A stretch of DNA of 54,940 nucleotides, counting the filler, from Jimgerdemannia flammicorona (lineage: Eukaryota): the NCBI GenBank assembly GCA_003990765.1. It is 3 parts of 3 records of this genome, joined end to end, with 100 filler letters (N's around TTAATTAATTAA, not from the genome) between each part and the next. Parts side by side here need not be neighbours in the genome. Positions count along the whole stretch, not along the records: positions 36,706 to 54,940 come from RBNJ01002253.1; 2 more parts are not named here. The stretch is one strand, 5' to 3'. Position numbers and translations under genes: made by a program. Every line of letters starts with the position of its first letter. The stretch's first letter is position 1. Below, one piece after another: positions 48,501 through 54,940 of the stretch. The notes beneath the pieces were generated by a model that was not told the origin of the DNA, searched no databases, and saw nothing but the letters and a program-made list of their open reading frames with translations.

Positions 48501-51067
48501 TGATCTCGTGCTCAGGGGATGCAGCTCTAGATCGGACAGCCGATGTAAACATGGTTTCCCACGTGTGCATGTATACCGTGGAGGGCCTGACGTGGATTTG
48601 TCAGACGCAATTTGACAGGACCTTGCCCCACGAGGAAAAAAAAAAACAACACCCCCCCCCCCCCCCCCCACACACACACACCCCACCCCCAAAACAAAAC
48701 AAACAAACAAATAAAAGAAATTAAAACACGACATTGCATCGTACCTTTGAAGGGTCTTGTGCGGCATCAATTTCTCCTGAACAATTTTTTTTACGTCAAT
48801 AATAGGGTAGGACTTGAGTCTGTTATCCCCCCATCATTTAAATTGGGTTGATCACTCTTCCAATGACACCTGATGCAAACAAGCGAAATCATCGCATGAA
48901 TGTGCTCGTATTTTTTTGGTCAAGCTTGCAGTGATTGGTTCTACGGAAACCAAACGAGAACACGGCAATGATGAGGTGATGGAAAGGGTTTCAGTTGAGA
49001 GCTTGATCGTTCACAACATCCTTATTTGCATTAAAGTTTCTCACAGATGTAACGTAATTTGGTGGCTTCAGCCTCGAGCCTGTATGAAGTGGCTTGTTAG
49101 AGCATACCTAGGATTTCATAATCAATCACATCCAATTTAATCTGACACCCAAGCACCAATGTTCTCTGCAGCCAGAATACACCGCGTCGATTTCCCGGCG
49201 AACCAGATGGCACCGTTCTATTCCACCTGCATACTGCACCTTACCATTTCGATCGCAGAATCCAGCTCCTAGCAGGAAAGGAGCTTATTTGCTGGAGAAT
49301 GACTGCATCACGGTACAAATGGATATATGTGGACTTACCAATGTAAACTAAAATTATGACAAAACTGCATAATGCGCAATTTTCTGGCTCCCAACCACAG
49401 AGTCCGAACATTGATCTCAAAAGGCGAAACCGTATCCGCGGATGAGCATCTTGGGAACCCTGTCCCTATATATCTCTTTCCGATGCATGATGACATTGAA
49501 TACATAGGGTTCGGGAAGCTTACCATTGCGCTGGTACAAGGGAATTAAAAAATATTTGATAAGTGGTAAATGTATGTACTTCGCATAGATTTTTACCTTA
49601 TTTCGTACGTCACGGAAAAGAATGCCTAAACAACGTTTACAAATACGTGCACGCCAATGTTCGCCCATGTTCTTCTTCCGCGGATGAATGGTGTCTTCCA
49701 GGATGGTCATTCCGAAAGTTATCATATTCAATACTAGTACTCCATACTATACTAATTTCAGAAGTTAGGTTCCTTCCTTTTTTTTTTTTTTTTTTTTTTT
49801 TTGGTGTCCCTTAAACCGTGTTAGTCCGCATGCATTAACATATTAAATCACAAATTGTACCATCGTATTTTCCCATTCCTTGACTGTGAAGTGAGGGGCT
49901 GTAAGGTATAAACCGGGTGATGAAGTATTAAAGTCGGGAGAGGTTGGTGGTACGATGTGATGCATCCAAATGTCACATCTAATCTGTCAAAGTCGGTTAT
50001 CAGCACCTTGTCCCACCCATTCTTAATCTCCGTGGATCTTCAGGGACACTTTCATGCTACCCGCCAAACCTATGAGCTGTCCTACTCAATTGAACGGTGT
50101 GTCGATCGGAAACGGTTACGCCATCGTGCACGATACGTACCCGTTACGTAACCACTGTTAATATCCCTCAACTATGCAACATGTGGATGATAGGTGTGAT
50201 GAACAACATGTGGATGATAGGTGTGATGAACAACGGTGGACGGATAATAGCATTTCATGCAGGGATCACGTTCGTGTGAGCGTGGCCTTGTTTGGACCGG
50301 GTTCAGACCCAAAATAACTGGAAAGGGCAGCGCAAGCGTGCCACCTGTCCCACATTTTTACCTTTCGTGACCGCGGTAGATGATCGTGGCAGGGTTGTCT
50401 CGAAATCGTAGCGGAAGTCGAGTGGAACGACCATAATCATCAAGTGAGGGTTCTCCCGCGGCCCTTCGACGCTTAGCTTGCGCAACCTTGTAGGCTATTG
50501 AATGTAGGGGCAGGTGGAAATAATTAAACGACTGTGAATTTGGCTCATTGGGTCTAAACCTATGAAACGTTAACAGTGACATGCGTTTGGTCGACTATTT
50601 TGTCGCCTGGCCACTACTTATGACGATCTTACCCCTTTCGTATTTTTCGAATAAAAAAAAAAAAAACATTATCAATGAAAGATCCATTATGGCCTGGATG
50701 GGACAAAGTACCACGACTCGCATGCACCTCAAATAAATTTTAAATATTTGAACATCACCTGTAGCTACTCAGCTGATCGCTTGCGAGTTCTGGCTAGTTT
50801 CGATCATGGTTGATCGCCGATCGCCATGAAAATGTGGAGCATAGCTCGGTTGGTCTTGATCTGGTTTGAATTGAGCTGCATGTGTTTTTGTTCCGTGGGT
50901 TCCTTTTCTTTCTCTTTGGTAGTTATATGCCCTACGCCTTTTAATAGCCTTTTTTTCGTTCCCGGCGTCCCTAACGCGTACGAAACCAGAATAAGCGGAG
51001 GAGGTCGAAAGTGTATCTGAACCAGTCCCGCCGAAAGCGCCGCTGTGCCGGCGTGGCGCGCGCAGCC

Positions 51068-51994
51068 ATGCTTGTCAATGAGAGCATGCCGCCGTCTCCT
51101 GTAAACCCCGATCCAAGGGCGCCCACGTCCCAGGAGTCCCTCCCCAACGAGCTGTTCCTTTGCATTCTAATCCACCTTAGCCCGAACACCGTTTACCATT
51201 GTTCGGTTTTGAGCAGAAGGTTCTACCAACTGACCATTCCGTATCTTTGGAGGTACCTGCAACCGTCCTCTCTGCGGTCGTGGCAAGGCATCATCAACAC
51301 GTTGAGATCACCCAGAGCCGCCGATTACGGACCATGCGTCAATCGCGTCGATTTCTCCGCCCTGTCACCCTGGGAGGCGCAACAAGTGACGGATGGCATG
51401 CTGGTGACCTTGCTAACCGAATGCCAGAACATCGGAGAACTGTCCCTTGTCCGGCTCCAGCAGTTGTCGGCAATCACCCTGCAACAAGTGGCAACGCGCG
51501 CCGACAAGCTCGAAATGCTGGACCTAAGCGCATGCTCGCAGTTCTCCACGGGCGACCTACAAACACTCTTTATCGATCCGGGAACCCCCTCGTTGCGTCG
51601 ATACCCAAAGCTCACAACCATTGATCTCTCCAGCTGCAGCCTGGGTGTCAGCGACAATCTCATCCAAAGCATCGCGCATGTAGCCCCCCGCCTGCGCCAC
51701 CTGCACCTTTGTCGAAGCGGCAACGTGAGCGACAACGCCCTTGCCTCCGTTGCTCAGCATTGCCCCGATCTCGAGGTCCTCGTCATCACCCTCCCTAAGG
51801 GGCTCATCCAGTCCAACAAGATCACCGACGCTGCCGTGCGCGCTCTCGCGCAAGGGTGCAAGAAGTTGAAAATCGTCGTCGGGCGGGGGCAGACCAGGGT
51901 CACGGATGCCGGCGTGGCAATGTTGACGAAGGAGTGCAGGGACCTGGAGAGAGTCGATTTCAGTTTGAAAATTCCGGGAAACGCCGAAAACTAG
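51068..51994 (+). CDS. F-box / leucine-rich repeat (cysteine-containing) protein
   Basis: F-box SLPNELFLCIL..CSVLSRRFYQLTIPYLW; LRRs LEMLDLSAC, VSDNALASVAQHCPDLE, ITDAAVRALAQGCKKLK; first ATG at 51068. Confidence 0.9.
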   Translation: MLVNESMPPSPVNPDPRAPTSQESLPNELFLCILIHLSPNTVYHCSVLSRRFYQLTIPYLWRYLQPSSLRSWQGIINTLRSPRAADYGPCVNRVDFSALSPWEAQQVTDGMLVTLLTECQNIGELSLVRLQQLSAITLQQVATRADKLEMLDLSACSQFSTGDLQTLFIDPGTPSLRRYPKLTTIDLSSCSLGVSDNLIQSIAHVAPRLRHLHLCRSGNVSDNALASVAQHCPDLEVLVITLPKGLIQSNKITDAAVRALAQGCKKLKIVVGRGQTRVTDAGVAMLTKECRDLERVDFSLKIPGNAEN

Positions 51995-52764
51995 GTTTTT
52001 AGCACTTTAAAGTGCCTATGAGGTTCTGTTTGTAGTGAAAACAAAGTCCTTCGACAGTGCTACAATAGTATTCTTATGCATATACAAATATTAGAGCTCC
52101 ATTTATTTACTGGGCGCGTAATTAACAGGAACAAGGTTCTATGCATTTTTATGACACACTGGGTTCCAATGTGGATTCCATTTGTTTGAGTTTTTTTTTT
52201 GTTTCTATGCAAAATTTTTATTACGATATATAAGATCTTTTACGATAATAAATTACTAGGTAATGCCGGATACCACACGCCTGTGGCTCATCTTGGACAT
52301 TGTAATCCATATTTGACAGACAAACTGAGTCATCCCATGACAACGGAAAGCATCGAAGAGGAAGAATCCATTGTAATGAATTGCAGCGCCACACCTTCCA
52401 TGCAATGCATAATTTCACACCCAGTTCTGACTAATCCAATAACATATCCTCATTCGCTCTCGACCACTTCTCGAGCTAGCCGTCTCAGGACCGCGAAGGT
52501 TATCAATTCTGCACAGGCGGAGATTAAAGCAACAGGTCATTACGCAGCGCCAAGAAGACCTTATTCATGGGCTACATACAGGTTTTCGTGTAAACCCTAT
52601 TAAGAGTCAAATATAGTGTGCATCGACGTTCTCGGTATAATGGGTAAAAGTATTCTGAATACATCAAATGTAGCTGGGTACAATCGCTAGATATCTAAAT
52701 AAGAGAAATGTCCGAGCTGGAATCTACGCTAGGTGGAACGTGATAAATGTCGATCCTCTATCGA

Positions 52765-52821
<57 letters not shown>

Positions 52822-54602
52822 AAACTGACTGCTGCTTCAGTCCGAAAGTGGTAAGAACATCTACCGTCCAATGATGTGACATGGCCGGATGCATGAGTTG
52901 TTTATTGCAAATCCGGATCTTTCATAAGAATACGCCAAGTGGACATAATTACGTTAAAGGCAATCCAACAGGTTCGAGGTGGACAGCGATTTACTGTTTT
53001 GGAGGTTCAACTTTTGAATGTGCTCTACCGCTCGATAGCAGTCAACTGTTGACTCGTAAAACATTTCTGCCGGACGAGGCTGAAGATGCATGGTTGAGAG
53101 TCAATCCGGTACAGATCGGCAGCTCATTACTCCGCGATGTGGCTTTTAATTTATCCGAAGGCACCACATCGTCAAGTTTGAAATGTATGCTGGTACCTGT
53201 CGCTTTTCCTGATCAAGGCCCCGGGCACCAGATTCTCTCAGGCCGTCGACCTGGAAAAATGACCGGGCTGTGCCTCTGGCGGTAGATCGGTAAAAACCAT
53301 TGTCGTCCCATTCTCCTGGCTGAGAGTCAACTCTAGGTTCGAATGTGCCGAAGCGATTTTGAATTGGACCTTGTATATCTTCGCTCAATTCCAGAGACGC
53401 GGTAATCCGTTGGAGCCTCGTTTTACCGCTAATGTTGCGTGCACTAACGTCGACAATGCCCCAAACTGTTCAATTTCTATAATGGTGTTATCTTCATTTG
53501 AAGCTATCAGGTTAGATGTGTTTGTGCACGTTCATTTGGCATGATCTTTTGCTCGTCTTCCGTGAGTGTGTCAAAGACATCACGATTGATAGAAACAAAA
53601 CAATAAAATAAATCTCGATGGTCCTTCTCAATGGTAAAAAATAAAAATAAAATAAAAAAAAAAAGGTGAGGTTCCATATAGGTAAGATTATAATTATAGT
53701 TATAGGTCCGCTGATCGGACCGGCATCTCGGAAATCTGACGTTATTGTTATGCTCCAAGATCGTTCTCAGAAGCAAATCCACATCTCGTCGCGTGACCCA
53801 TCAAGCTTCATTCTAGTCGCCCAAGACACGAATCGTGATGGTAGGAGTTCCCAGCCGCCCGTGATGGTAGGAGTTCCCGCACGAAAACGAAATTGAGTGC
53901 CGGACTCCTCTTGTTTATGTGGATCTCCTCCGAGTGGTTCCTTCGGGTTACATAGCTATGTACTATTCCCTCCGGAATTAGAGAATTCCCTGCTCTGAAG
54001 AATATCCGATCAATCGAGAGGTATATGCAACACCAGTCCAGCTATCCAATAAAGTTGGAAGAAAGATTATTCATATCTCTATCTACAACCGTTGTATTCT
54101 TTACATATTTCCCTTTTAGATTGAATTGGATTACAATCACTCAGTTTGGATTATTATTAGTGATATTTAATAGTTATTGTAACGCAATTACACTCCAACG
54201 TCACAAAGGATGACGTCATCAAGTTGACATCATCGGATTCATGTCACCAGCAAGGTTACATGCTAGAAAACTCAAGAATATTAGTGAGATCATAGTGATT
54301 TTGCACTAATTTCAGCCAACAATATCATAGTAGTCACACTAGTCTCTGTACTAGTTTAGTATATGACTTTATTGACATCACTATAGATATGCCTCAAAAA
54401 CAGACTAAGGATACTAAAAATAGTACAAGACTAAATTAATCTATAACTCCATTGATATCATAAGCTAAAATAGTCTATGATATTATAGAAACTAGAATAT
54501 ATCAAAATTAGTTACTGATATTATTAGCTCTCTGATATTATAAGCTAAACTAGACCATAATAAGTAATGAAATCATAGTGGGGCTGGCTAGATACTAGTT
54601 GT

Positions 54603-54940
54603 ACATCCCTCTCTCCGGTAACATTCAGGTTACACAACCCTTTGGCAACACTTTCGACACAGTTTCTGGAGAAAAGCTACTAGTATCATGGCGACCAACG
54701 AGCATCCGGAGGTGCGTACTGGGCAGGGTGGCCCTGGAGCGTTTGATTGGCAACAAGTGGGGAGAGGCCCCGGCTTGGGGGGAAGTATGAGGGGCTTGCT
54801 GGCGGGGGGCCGAGGTGGAAGAGGGGGCGGAACTGGAGGACAGGGGACTGGCAGGGTGAGCTTCGCAGAGAAGGTGAAGGGGGGTCGACAGGGAGCTGGA
54901 CTGGAGAGCTGGCTGAGAGGGGGGAGGGTACCGGGGGCAG
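54603..54940 (+). mobile_element. 5' end of a young copy of the L1/Tx1-like LINE; ORF1 open from ATG 54688 to the window end
   Basis: MATNEHPEV..GGRGGRGGG..VSFAEKVKG; colinear with 2416-2495 plus 11231-11480. Confidence 0.85.

Noticed and set aside
50178..50234. 27-bp tandem duplication, and similar small repeats at ~46161 and ~53834
   Set aside because: Ordinary local slippage duplications
44700..51000. Short ORFs in the long intergenic region, including a faint prolyl-oligopeptidase-like stretch at ~49417-49530
   Set aside because: No convincing motifs or exon chain; the resemblance is too short to support
52766..52819. Long poly(A) runs as retrocopy tails (also 864-904, 37103-37190)
   Set aside because: No upstream element or TSD recognised; homopolymers are common throughout this window
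52860..53800. Possible minus-strand pseudogene fragments
   Set aside because: Could not assign a consistent frame or family

Overview
Eukaryotic, almost certainly fungal DNA. Gene style and TE families suggest Mucoromycota, possibly Endogonales-like (inference). The window is three contigs joined by artificial N-TTAATTAATTAA-N linkers (18260-18359, 36606-36705), so adjacency across the linkers means nothing. Contig 1 is a nested TE stack: a decayed L1/Tx1-type LINE interrupted by a full-length dUTPase-bearing Ty3/gypsy element (1535-bp LTRs, CTAG target duplication) and by a chromovirus with a 2.06-kb LTR. Both long LTRs carry an apparently homologous ORF in U3 behind its own TATA box. Contig 2 has a hAT transposon inserted into a head-to-tail array of APE-endonuclease non-LTR retrotransposon copies. 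Each completed copy ends in (CCCTAA)n instead of poly(A), and the copies grow more decayed from the inferred telomere side toward the first gene, so this is a candidate telomere-extending retroelement system. Contig 3 holds ordinary genes (COG8, RRG9/neugrin-like, CHR chromate transporter, F-box/LRR), a pseudogene, and the 5' end of a young copy of the contig-1 LINE. Comparing repeat copies shows massive C>T/G>A (CpG and CpA to TpA) hypermutation. All family calls come from motif recognition by eye; no searches were run.
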